Source of the DNA: Malacoraja senta
Lineage: Eukaryota
Assembly: GCA_038087875.1 (NCBI GenBank)
Contig: CM075989.1
Location: 16,680,001 to 16,744,000, forward strand
Direction: 5' to 3'
Length of the DNA stretch: 64,000 nt
The translations under genes were made by a program, and so were the position numbers. Positions 26,105 through 37,941 of this stretch are shown one piece after another. The notes below the pieces were generated by a model. That model saw nothing but the letters and a program-made list of their open reading frames with translations. It ran no database searches and was not told where the DNA came from. Within the stretch, counting starts at the first letter, position 1; each line of letters starts with the position of its first letter.

Positions 26105-26227
26105 GAAGAAGGGTTTCGGCCCGAAACGTTGCCTATTTCCTTCGCTCCATAGATGCTGCTGCACCCGCTGAGTTTCTCCAGCATTTTTGTGTACCTTCGA
26201 TTTTCCAGCATCTGCAGTTCCTTCTTT
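26105..26227 (+). mobile_element. Short Penelope-like insertion beginning at a hammerhead core
   Basis: 12-bp TSD aacacatcacct (26093-26104, 26228-26239). Core CUGAAGA-A-GGGU(UUCG)GCCC-GAAAC-GUU at 26103-26130. Confidence 0.7.
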
Positions 26228-28289
26228 AACACATCACCTATCCATGCTCTCCAGGGATGCTGCCTGACCTGCTGAGTTACTCTAGAACTTTGTACCTTTT
26301 TTTGAAATTGCGCAAAGATTAGGGCTTTCTTAAGTGTGAATCAAATTTAACAAACAGTGGCTGTGTTTGTAGCTGAATGAAGAAGTTATTTCAAAACTGT
26401 AATTAGGTAACACAGTTGTTGAGGGATAAGTTAATGCATGGAAACAATGATAAGCAGTTTCAGTTGGCATTTCATGTCCACACTAACATTTGGTCCTCAT
26501 CTAAATTCTTTACATTTTAGATGATTCTTCCATCAATATTGCAAACTTACATGCCTGTTTGAACATTAAGTTGTGTATTAAGTAACTTGATCTTGATATA
26601 CTTATCCATTAGCTGACGCACAATCATATCTCAATCTGTGCAATCCAGAAACCCAGCATGGACGTAATATTGCAACAGCTCTCAGGAGCACCATAATATC
26701 ACTAATCACCTCTCCTGTCTACTGGTTATGGTCCCCAATGGAGCTCGATTTTAATGATTTTGTAACTTATCTACTACTTAAGTAAATGAACCAATGATTG
26801 GTCTAAAATGGTCAGGTAAATGTGTCAACATCACTTAAGTACCCGACTAAACATTTCCTAAGAAATTTGACTTCTTGCAATTTGTCCGAACCTCATTCCA
26901 ATTACTTTTTGCCATAATCTATAGTTCAATAGTGTCATTTATCATTCTAAGCAAAGCAATTCTCTCTTTGCAATTTTAAAATTGCAGGAGCAATGTAACC
27001 CACAAGGTTTTCAAATGGTTTTGATTGATAGAAAGATACAGCATGGAAACAGGTCCTTCAGCCCACCAAATACATTTCGACCATCAATCACCTGTTCACA
27101 CTGGCTCCATGTTATCCCACTTAAACATCCTAGTCAGCCGAGATTGTGAGTGGGTCTTAACCGCATGAGAATTATCTTTTCACTATGAAGTTGTTTTTCA
27201 AACATGCTCCTTTTGCTCAAGTACATTGCAATTGAATACTTCTAGTTCCAAACTTCATCCTGTAGGATCACATTTATGTGGGACGCCAACTTTTATTGTG
27301 CCCCAACATCAATCATAATCACGCCTGTTAAAGGAATGACCATCAACATACCGAGCAATTCTATTTTATTGCCTGAAAACTCAACCACTGCAGTATCTAT
27401 ATCTCTTGTGCCGTCGTTTCATCTGACCTTTCTCTGACAGCTGTGCAAAGACTGCAAATAAACCTCGAACAAGATATTAATGCATGATTTATGCAGACAG
27501 TCAATTTCCAATTCATTTTTACTTGGACGGAAGCCAGAGTTGAAGAGATCAGATTTAGCAGTTGAACAGGTAGGTTTGGCAGTTGAACTTTCTAACCAAT
27601 ACTTCACATTAAGGGAGCACTTTGAGAAATAGAATTAGACAGTAACAAAGTTAAGGTCTCATGGGATGTAGGACAAGTTGGCAATTTTGGATTCATAATC
27701 GGAGGCATAATTGTTGATGGAAGCAAGGTTTTTTTTATTTGTGATTGGAAGCCTGCAACCAATGGTGTACTTAGAGTGTTATATACATTCATGATTTAGA
27801 TGAAAATGTAGGATGTATGATTAATAAATACACAGGTGTTATGGAGGGGGGAGGTCAACCCCCACAATAGACTGGGCCATGTCCACCACTTTCTGCAGCC
27901 TACTTTGTTCTTACATGTTTGTGTTGTGGAACCAGAACATGATGTATCCAGTCAGTATGGTTTCCACTGTGCACTTGAAATCATTAAATCTGCTTTTTGT
28001 CTCCAAATATGCTGCCTGGTCTGCTGGGCATTTCCAGCATTTACTGCCCATATTCCCAGATTATATATGTAGAAACAAGGAACTGCAGATGCTGGTTTAC
28101 AAAAAAAAGACAAAGTGCTGGAGTAACTCAGCAGGCCAGGCAGCATCCCTGAAGAACTTGGATAGATGAAGTTTCAGGTCAAGACCCTTTATCATACTCC
28201 GCAAAGGGCTGGAGTAATTGAAGAAGGGTCCAAACCCCAAACGTCACCTATCCATTTTCTCCAGGGATGCTGCCTGACCTGCTGAGTTA

Positions 28290-28609
28290 TAGCCCTGTCC
28301 CACGTTGCGAGTTCATTCCAAGAGCTCTCCCGAGTTTTAAAAAAATCAAACTCGTGGTAAGCACGGAGAATGAACGTAGCGGGTACGTCAGAGCTCGGGG
28401 ACGTCTCTTAGCGCTAACGGCAGGTACTCGAGAAGACTCGCTAACGGCAGGTAAGCACGGGAAGACTCGTGAAGATTTTTCAACATGATGAAAAATGTCC
28501 ACGAGAGCCCCGAGTACCGACGAGTGGCCATTACCGTAAATCTCCGAGTTCGAATCAGGGCAAACTCGGGAGAACTCTTGGAAAGAACTCGTTCCGTGGG
28601 ACAGGGGTT
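28290..28609. mobile_element. PIF/Harbinger-type MITE (same family as 22001-23949, opposite orientation)
   Basis: TIR ccctgtcccacg / cgtgggacaggg. TSD TTA (28287-28289, 28610-28612) splits the host repeat 'gctgagtta|ctccagca'. Confidence 0.85.
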
Positions 28610-30831
28610 TTACTCCAGCACTTTATGACCCGATTATAAATGCTGTTTTAATGTACTTGGAAAAGGAGATAAATCCTTTTGTTGGGTTGAAATTGGTTTA
28701 ACGTCATGGATGAAATCAAATCAGCAGTATTCAGCTAAAAAGGGATGTAAATTTTGATCCATTACACTGAGCAGTGTAGCCTGCTGTCTCTAAAATACAA
28801 TCACCATGTGTCTGTCTATAGAACCGGATTCTATTAATTGAATAGATTCGAGATAACAATAGAATGTACTCTGAAGAATGCTTGAATAGTATTCCTAAAG
28901 CTTTTTTTCCCCAGACATACAGTGCTGAAAATAAATGTAATTATAAAGTTATCTCCAGCACAGAACGTTTGAACACATCTCTTAGAGCTTTCTGTTTGGA
29001 AGTGGAAAGGATTACAGAAGCACAGATAGTTGATTGATTTTGTCTGCCTTCCAAATGAATACACACCTTGGTCCTCTGTAGATGGACAAATTGACACAAC
29101 TGGGGAAATGCTGGCACTGAAACCTTATTGTTTTATCTGCGATTCAGATCATCAGGCACCGTGTGTGTGTGCACTGTTTGATGTAGAGCTTTTTGTTCCT
29201 GCGCTGAAGGTCAAGCCTCAGCACCAGGCTTTGGGATGAGGTGTCTGTGTGGGACAAGTATTTAAAATGTCAATATGACTGCCAGGGAGTTTCTTGACTG
29301 ATCTGTGAAATTAGAACTCAGGAGAAATTTGGACCACAATAGAAGAAAAAATGTACAAAGAAGTGATTAAATACATTAATGCCTTTCTGTGCTTTTCAAT
29401 ATTTGTGGTAATGCTTCCTGTTGGGGCACTTTGTTTCTGATAAACTCAGGCCTGTACTTCAACGGCCTTTCTGCAGCTGATAAAGCAAGTACATACAAGG
29501 TAGGCTGTGCAAACACTGCCTAATTGACAATTACAGACACGGAAAGCTACACAAGACTACATGGAAGTCACTGAAAGGCTCAAAATTCTAAGATGATGTC
29601 AAGACTTGCTTAAGAAACAACTATTCCCTCAGTTGGGAAATCCATGGGAGTAACGTGGAGGAGGAGAGGAACCTTGAATTCACAGCTTCTTAAAGGTAGA
29701 TTTCACAGCTTCTTAAAGGTAGGTGCAGACCAATAAGGTGGTTAAAAAAACATTTGGAGTGATTTTATTAGTTGCAGCACAGAGTATAGGGAACAGGAAG
29801 GTGATGTTGGGAACTGTGTACATCACGAGTTAGACTACAATTTGAGGACTGTGCACTGTGTACTGTAAACTGTCACCACTTTGTAGGAAAGAAGTGGTTG
29901 CATTGGAGAAACTGTTGACGGGATTGAAAATGATGTTGTCAGGTCAGGCAGAATATAGCTGCATGGGAAGATTGAATAAACTTGGGTTATTTTGATTAGT
30001 GGAGGTTGAGGGGAGACGTAATTGAGGTGTGTGTAACTAGGAGAGCATGAAGTTTACAGATAAACACTGCTACAGCCAGTCCCCTCCACGGGACACGGAC
30101 AAGAGGAACAGCAAGATCATCTGGTTGGAGACACAAGAAACTGCGGGTGGACACAAAATGCTGGAGTAACTCAGTGGGACAGGCAGCATCTCTGGGTAGA
30201 AGGAATGGGTGACGTTTCGGGTCAAGACCCTTCTGGAGGTGCTGGAATCTTGTGTAGAACACAAAGTGATGGAGTAACTCAGTGGTTCTTAATCTAGTTA
30301 GTGATCTAGTGTGAGTGGTGAGTTTGGCCACACAATGTTTTTGTCTTTTAAAAGAGACTTAGTTGAGATGTACAGAATCATGAGAGGCTTGGGTGAACAG
30401 CAAGTATCAGTTTCCTCCAGCAGAAAGATTAATGGAACTGTCAATCTAAAGCAACTAATCGAAAGATCGTGATGCGCAATTGTGAAAAACTATTGGTTGG
30501 TCTGGGATACATTGCCTACAGAGTGAGAGAGGTCAATATATTCCTCTCACTGAGGAATATCTGCATGAGCACTTGAAGAGCAGTAAATTAAGGACTACGG
30601 ACTGTGAGCTGGGGAATTGGATTCACAGAAATACCTCACCTTTGTTTGGCATGGACTCTCGGGCATCCTTTTGTAACATATATCTCCGTGCTTCTATAAA
30701 TACTCAGAGACTGGAAGGGCACTGATTGTCCTGTCTTTTGATTCCTGCGTCTTGCTGTATGAATGAACAGTGTTAAAGCTATAAACAGAACTTCTTTACT
30801 GAAAGCAATAAAACAGCAGCAGCTAGATGCA

Positions 30832-32097
30832 TCTATCTATCTATCTATCTATCTATCCTCTGATCTTGTGCTGTTCCGGTTTGCGTGGTTTTTCTATTTG
30901 CGCAAAAATGGTACGCGATAGCGCTACGATTTTTCGCCAGCTTACTAACCGTTCTCCTGTGCTGCGAGTGCAACAAGTTTTGTTCAGATCGATGGTATAT
31001 TGTAAAAGTTATTAAGGTTTATAAATCATGAAAAAACGCGCATACGCAGATTGCTGTCAGTCGCCGCCACGCAGATTGGTCTCTCCTGTCAGTCAGGAAG
31101 GGACGTGTCCGCTGTCAATCGGCTGGAGGTTGCCATGGTGAAGGAGTGGTGCCGCCGCCCGAGAAGCTGCGCAGTACCTGGTGGGGAGGGTGGTGCTGCG
31201 GGCCGAGCCCGGGGACTGGGCTTGGGCTGGATCCGAGTCGGGGATGAGCCCGGAGATGAATTCGGGGCTTGCACTGGAGCTCAGTCGTGCCCAAGCCCGG
31301 GGCCTAGATCAAGGTGTACTAGTGCGTCGGGGGCCGTCCGCCCGCCACCATCCTGCAGCACAGCCTCCGCTTCCTGCTCTGCGGGCAGCTCTGGCTCGGC
31401 CGCCCGCCACCCTCACCCCTCCCCCGGCACAGCGAGCCTGGCTTCGTCGAGGCCCATGTCCGTGAGTGCTTCTGCCGCCTCAGCCAGGGCCGGGCCGAGT
31501 ACAAGAACCGGGCACTGCTCGACGACCTGGGTAGGTGCTGGGGCAGGGAATGGGAGTGAGGGGAGGAGGGTGAAGGAAATGGGGCAGAGGGAGATGGGGT
31601 GGTAGAGAGAGATTGGGGGGGGGGGGGAAAGAGCCGAGACCCGCTGTCCCAGCACACCGCGGGTCCCAGGACGGGCAACAATCCAGCGGCTCCTGCCCGC
31701 GGACGCGGACTCCGGGAGCGGCCCTAATACGCCGCACCGTTACACGGAGAGAGGCGTCACAGCATGGTCCACAGCACAGGTGGGGGGAGAAGACGGAGGG
31801 AGGGAGATGGGAGAGAGGGATGAGGGAGGGAGAGGGGGATAAGGGAGGAGGGAGGGTGGAAATAGAGGAGGGAGTGGGGTAGAGGGGTGGTGGAATGCAG
31901 GGGGGCAAGGATGGGGGGTAGAAGGGGTCCGGGGTGATGGGCAAGGTGGGATAGAGGGAGGGGGAGTAGAGGGAGAGGGGGACAGGGAGGGATGGATTTG
32001 ATGGGAGGGGGATAGGCGTGAGTGGTGGAATATTGCGTTGGGGAACGGGTTCAGGCCTCCTGTGTGACAGGGACCCAACGGGTTCCACTTAGTCTAG
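30832..32097 (+). mobile_element. Non-autonomous Helitron
   Basis: 5' A|TC start with (TCTA)n. Subterminal hairpin gggaccc-aac-gggttcc (32070-32086), a 7-nt spacer, terminal CTAG (32094-32097) followed by T. No TSD. Confidence 0.8.
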
Positions 32098-33157
32098 TAT
32101 TATATAAATTGGACTGGAGAGTACAAGGGTGTGACCATATGTTTGCTGTAAGTGGCAGGATAGTGTTGACCCTGAGAAACAAGCAGTTTCAAAACAAAAT
32201 TTATCCAGTGCAGTCGCACTGCTGGAGGGGATAAATTCAAACCTAAATCCAGGAAATATTTTCAGTGAGAGTGATCCTCCTATGGAAATAGCTCCCTGGA
32301 GAGATGGTAGAAGCAGCTGTTATTGATTCATTCAAAAACACATTCAAAATTTTTTTACCCAGAAAATAATGATCATTGTATGATAAATGGAAAAATATGA
32401 GACTTGACATGAGGTATAATTTGCAGGAGCAGATGGTATCAGACCAGTGGCACATCCCTCCCAATGGTTCTGTTGCAGACTATTATGGAGGGATTCATTA
32501 TATGATTAGTCAATAACATCATTCTTATTATAGCATGGAACTACCAGGATGGTAGAAGTCAATCTTGATGGACATTTATCACCTCACCTGTGTCTGCAGG
32601 TAAATACTTTTCTCATTCCATTTATGTTGCCATTTATATCTTTTTTTGTATTGAGTATAGACTTCCATTTCTTCCTGCATTTAAGTGATCATTACCCTTT
32701 GCCTATTGGATGTACAAACACCATTGCTAGTGAGTAGAGCAAACTAAATCTTGAACTAAAACAGCGGATGGCTGTTCTCCATCTCAGGAACTCAGATGAT
32801 GGAACATTTAGGATAAAGTGCATGAATTATCTGAGTTCTCAGAAAGTGAGCAAGTGTCACGAGTTCTGAAGACCAGAGAGGCTTGTGTAAATATGTTAAA
32901 CGTCTTCCCTCAGAGCAACCTTGAGGAGCAAGAGTGGGAACATGGAGTCCATCAGGAAGTGTAGGTCTATCCTGGCCTTGACCTTAAACTCATCCTAGAC
33001 AATGCACCACTCATTGTCCAGAGCTTCCACTGCCCCAACAATTACCCTGGGTCTAACACTGAGAAACACTGGAGAGTAGCACACCAGGATGTTACTGGGG
33101 ATAGAGTTTTTCAGTTGCGAAGTGAGTCTGGGTAGGCTGTTTTTGTTCTCCTTACAG

Positions 33158-34198
33158 TAGCAATGTTACAAAATTTTGAGATTTTAAAAATAAAGTCTGC
33201 AATTTATCCCATCAGATAAAGCATAAAAAGAAGTTTAATTTGACACTTAATTCACTTTCATATCTTCAGTATTAAAAAAGTTATGGCCATTATCATACTC
33301 AGAAATTAGCATCTAGTTCCCTATTGCTTTTCCATTGACTTAACACAAAAGCTGTGATCGAGGACAGTTAAAAGCCCATAACTTTCTTAAAAATTATGGT
33401 AACTGAAATTTTTTTTCAAGTATTATAGATTGAAGCATTCTGAAACAAATATGAAACAATCTTACTTCGAAGACATGAAAGTAAAGCATATAATTAGTTA
33501 GTTACCTAATTGTAGCTAATTACAAAATTCAATTACTAGATCTAAACATCTATCAATTTCTTAAGAATAGATTAACATTTTTAAATAGCCTAAGTGTCCA
33601 AATAACATTCACACAATAATTCACAATATAACATAATTTTTAAATCTAATTTTCATGAATTTACAGGCCAAATGGAAGGAATTGAATGTTTAATACCTGT
33701 AAATTAATGGGGATTTAATTCATCTTGCGAGTGAGGATTACTGGAACGCGATCTTTTGGAACGTTGATTTGCGGTGAATTTAACCCCGTATTGGCATGAA
33801 AAATACTGCCGTTAATTCGGGGAATAAAATCACCGTGTCGCATGACAAAATGTGAATTAAAGGCTTCTTAAGAAGCACTTTTATACATTTAAAGAAAGCA
33901 CTTTCGTTTACCTGTCCATTGTGTGAAATCCGTCCCCGTTATCGGCGTTGACGCTTCAGGAGCTGCTTTTAAAATGACTGTAGCGCTGACATTGACGATT
34001 TAATAAAAATAAAAAATTCACAAAACGCCGGTAGGAACGATTTTGTCAGCCAAGGTTTGTACTCCAACAAAATATTTCCAGGACAAGGGAGGTGAAACCG
34101 CGTTTTAACCCCGCCCCCCCCTTAAAGGCGCCAAAATCGCGCACACGGCCAGTGGCAGAATTACAGCGCGACTGAAAGTAAGTTTTGTAACATACCTA
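33158..34198. mobile_element. Non-autonomous DNA transposon (about 1.04 kb, hAT-like/unclassified)
   Basis: TIR tagcaatgttacaaaa / ttttgtaacataccta. Flanking direct repeat cttacag(t) at 33151-33157/8 and 34199-34205/6, splitting a CR1 fragment. Confidence 0.8.
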
Positions 34199-35373
34199 CT
34201 TACAGTGGAGGAAGCTGAAGGACATCCTGATAGTTATGCTAAATTATGAGGAACATGAATTATTAGATGAGTAGAAAGCTTTCTTCATAGAAAATGTATC
34301 TAAAATTTGAGGATAGAGGTTGGGAGAGTTAAAGTGAAGTTAGGAGATTTGGTTCGTTGGGATGTGAGGAGGAATCTTAAGACACTGAGACCATTTGGAA
34401 TCTGAAATGCATGGCCTGAGGGGATGGTGGAAGAAATCTTGTCAAGCGCTTGGATTGCCACGGCATAGAAGGCTACGGACCAAATACTTGGAAAAGGGAT
34501 TAGTGTGGATGGCCACTGATGGTCAATATGGACATGATGGGCTGAAGGGCCTGTTTGCATGCCGTATGACTTTTTCATGTATTCCACCATTTTCCTCTTG
34601 TTTCTGGGCAGTGATCTGGAGATTAAACTTCAATCCCAGGAAACTTCCAGGATAGTCATACAGGGCTGTTGCAGTCTAAAATTGGATCTGTGGTTCAGCA
34701 GCATAACTTGCATGTCAATGGGTCAACCTGCAACCCAGTCCCTCCTGGAGTGTGGTGTTTGTATTCCAGCGCTACTGCAAGCCAGGGAATGGCTCTTGTT
34801 TTACAGGTAACCAAATCCAGGAAGCAGTTTGACGTTCCATTGTTCGTCCTCCACATCCACAGCTGCGAAAGGATTGGAGAATTTGGTGAGAAACATGAAG
34901 TGAACATAATGCCAGGAGGTGACACTCTTACCTGTAGGGCAAAATGTCTTGGGTTCAAATCCCACTGCAGAGACATGACCACAAACCCAAGGGGACCCCA
35001 CATGTCGGAAGCATTGCTCGTTGGGGTTTTTGGATGGGATTCTGAGTGGGAAAAAATTCTCCTGGTAGCATTCCAAATACTGCCGTGTTTTTGCCTACAT
35101 GGACTACATATATTCCTCCAAGAAACTCACACATTACTTGGGTACTTTTCCCATCACTGGTTGTGGATCGTTGCTGACAAATTACCTGTATAATGATAGT
35201 GTGCAGGCTTCAGAAACATTTCACCGAAAGTAAAGCTTTTGGGAAGATGATGAGTTAGTGCTTATAGAAATACAATTATTTTTCGTTTTATAGTCTTGCT
35301 CTTAAATCTTCATGTCTACCTCCGTTATATCTAGGAATTTCAGGATGGGAGCAGTGACTAGCCGACCTGATGA

Positions 35374-35568
<195 letters not shown>

Positions 35569-36043
35569 TCACGATGTGGGAGCTGAGGGAAGCCACCAGA
35601 TTCCTTCACGTGCAGCCAGGAAGGAACCCTGCGCAGTGGGACCCATTGGAGAGAACTCAAGCAATCACAATTACCAAGCCTAATATTAGAATTCTGTGGA
35701 AGTGTTTACTGAAAATTGCATGTGAATAAGTGCCTCACTAAAATATTGTGTTTGTCTCAAATGACCTTTGTGTTAATATTGTACAATGCACTGAATCAAT
35801 AGAACCGTACTGTATATCTGGCACACATCGTCTGTTGTCTTAGGGTAGCATAGGATAAACACGTCAATTATCTGCTATTGAATATCAAAATAACATAATG
35901 AAGTTTTGGCCTATGCCTGCTAAATTCTATGGTACAAGATTCTTCTTTTTTTTCTATAAGCAATATCTAGCTAGTAAAGATGTTAGTTTGGAATGCTTTG
36001 TAGCAATTGTGCTTACCTTGATTCAGGTAAGGTGAGGGAGTGT

Positions 36044-36462
36044 GGATTGTCACCTTGTCGTGGTGGAGAAGCTTCTGTGGCCCTGGATCCTGACAGCGAT
36101 GCCGTCTGGAGCTATGCTCCTGGTAGGGCCACCCATGGCAGTAAGGTCAAGGGGAGAGGTCTCTGACAAAGAGCAATCCAGCGAAGACCTCAATGGTGGA
36201 ACAGGCGGAGGACGATGGCTGACCTTAGTGGAGCGTCACAATGGCTGGGAAGGCGAATGAAGGCTGCAGCAGAAAAGGGTCTCTGGTTGTCTTGGACTCC
36301 ATGCCACTGTATCCTGACCCAGATCTGTCAAGGACCTGTCAAGGTGGCTGTCTGTGCACCAATCTCCCCACGTTAAACAAAGTCACGCACAGGGGTCCTC
36401 CATATAGGGAATAGCATCCTGGAGACGCCCATGGTCAGCCATGACCGAAGGGGGCCTAAGAA
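36044..36462 (+). mobile_element. Full-length RTE-related non-autonomous retroposon (419 bp)
   Basis: Perfect 10-bp TSD gagggagtgt (36034-36043, 36463-36472). The 5' part 'caccttgtcgtggtgg...ggtagggccacccatggca...gacaaag' resembles RTE/BovB-type 5' UTRs. Short AAG tail. Confidence 0.75.
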
Positions 36463-37408
36463 GAGGGAGTGTATTGAGAATCCAAATTTGTTAATGAAAA
36501 ATGTTTACAAACATTGGTGCTTTACCGACTTGTAACCTTGCTGACATTATATGCACACACGTAACTTTTCTTCAAAAGAATTGCTTCCTGTTTTATGACA
36601 GTAAGTCTCAGCAAAAGAATGATTGAACAATCCCTTCATGAATAACACACTGGTTTTCCAGGGGTTAGGTTTAATCAAATCATTATTTACACCCTGGACC
36701 ACATCACACGGTTCCTAGTTAGACGTAAGTTGTGTGTATAAGAACAATCAGCCATGCACTGTGGGTCTCAATGTCCTCCTGACTCCAATATGCTTAATAA
36801 AGGCAATTTTTAAAACTTTCAGTATGACTCACTCATTAAATAATAGCAGCTCAAACATACTGAGTGTTTTCCCCACACATCCAACAATGCCACTGGAGTG
36901 TGATGGCTGTTCCCTGTTGTGTTTGGATTTAAAATGCTTGCATACCTCAAAGTAAGTAGCATTTTGTTTCTCAGAGACTATATACACTATCGTGCAGTGA
37001 TGTAAAGTGATATTCAGCAGGCTTTAGTTGTCTATCCCGATGAGTATCATTTTACATTAGTGCAACATATTGTGCATATAATCTTCATTTATCACAGTAA
37101 GCGTGATTACTGTATTGTCTTTGTGTATTAATGCCCCTCAGTAATGATGAATCAAAAAGGTCTTTCAATGATTTTGCAGAATATTGCTCCGAAGGGTGTT
37201 TATTTAATTCTAAACGTTGGGGTAGAATTTCCACTTTGGATTTTTCAGCAATCTAAGCTCTGCTTGAAACTTTGTCTGTTTGAATTTTGCTAGAGAGCTA
37301 TTGTTTATCGTAAACTCCAGTCTCGAAGAAGTGTCCTGACTTAAAAACATCACCGATTCATGTCCCACCACTTCCTCTTTCAGCTTGTTCCATAAATGTA
37401 CCACTGTC

Positions 37409-37431
37409 TGTGTGTGTGCGCGTGCGCGCGC

Positions 37432-37467
<36 letters not shown>
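37409..37467. repeat. Compound (TG)n/(CG)n microsatellite
   Basis: Uninterrupted purine-pyrimidine alternation of about 59 bp. Confidence 0.95.
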
Positions 37468-37470
<3 letters not shown>

Positions 37471-37824
37471 CTCGGGTTCCTATTAAATCTTTACCCTCTC
37501 ATGCTAAACTAATAAACTAATTCTTTATTCCATAACCCTGGGAAAAAGATGATGTGCATTCATCCCGTATATGCTCTTCATGATTTTATACACCTCTGGT
37601 GAACACCCCTCAGTCTCATACCCTCCAGACAATAAACCAAATAACACATTAAATAAGACTGGTGACCACCTATTTTCCATGTGTTAAATACAGGTGAATA
37701 TTAGTTCCTGGCATTAGTTATACCACAGAAGGGCTAGGGGAACCTTTGCTTGGATCTCACTCAAACGATGGTGCTTCTGAAAATGCAGCACTTTCAGTCA
37801 GTCCTGCACTAGATTTCACCTTGT

Positions 37825-37941
37825 ATCACTGTACACTGTAAATGGCTCGATTGTAATCATGTATTGTCTTTCCGCTGACTGGTTAGCACGCAACAAAAGC
37901 TTTTCACTGCACCTCGGTACACGTGACAATAAACTAAACTG
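37825..37941 (+). mobile_element. LINE 3'-tail fragment (Rex1-like family)
   Basis: 'ggctcgattgtaatcatgtattgtctttccgctgactggttagcacgcaacaaaagcttttcactg..cacgtgacaataaactaaact' recurs at about 38630-38780, 43585-43736, 60310-60520 and 61300-61580. Confidence 0.7.

Noticed and set aside
29679..29721. Short tandem duplications (also about 14900-14940 and 52624-52666) as a possible CRISPR-like array
   Set aside because: Only 2-3 units with no unique spacers of regular length, in a eukaryotic context. These are slippage duplications.
31051..32088. Several overlapping 80-200 aa ORFs in the Helitron
   Set aside because: Products of high GC and G-rich low complexity. Only the ATG-less frame 31323-31530 looks coding-derived.
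34669..35193. 174-aa ORF upstream of CTXND1
   Set aside because: Overlaps decayed SINE-like sequence, has no recognisable homology, and is not in an obvious splice relationship with the CTXND1 CDS.
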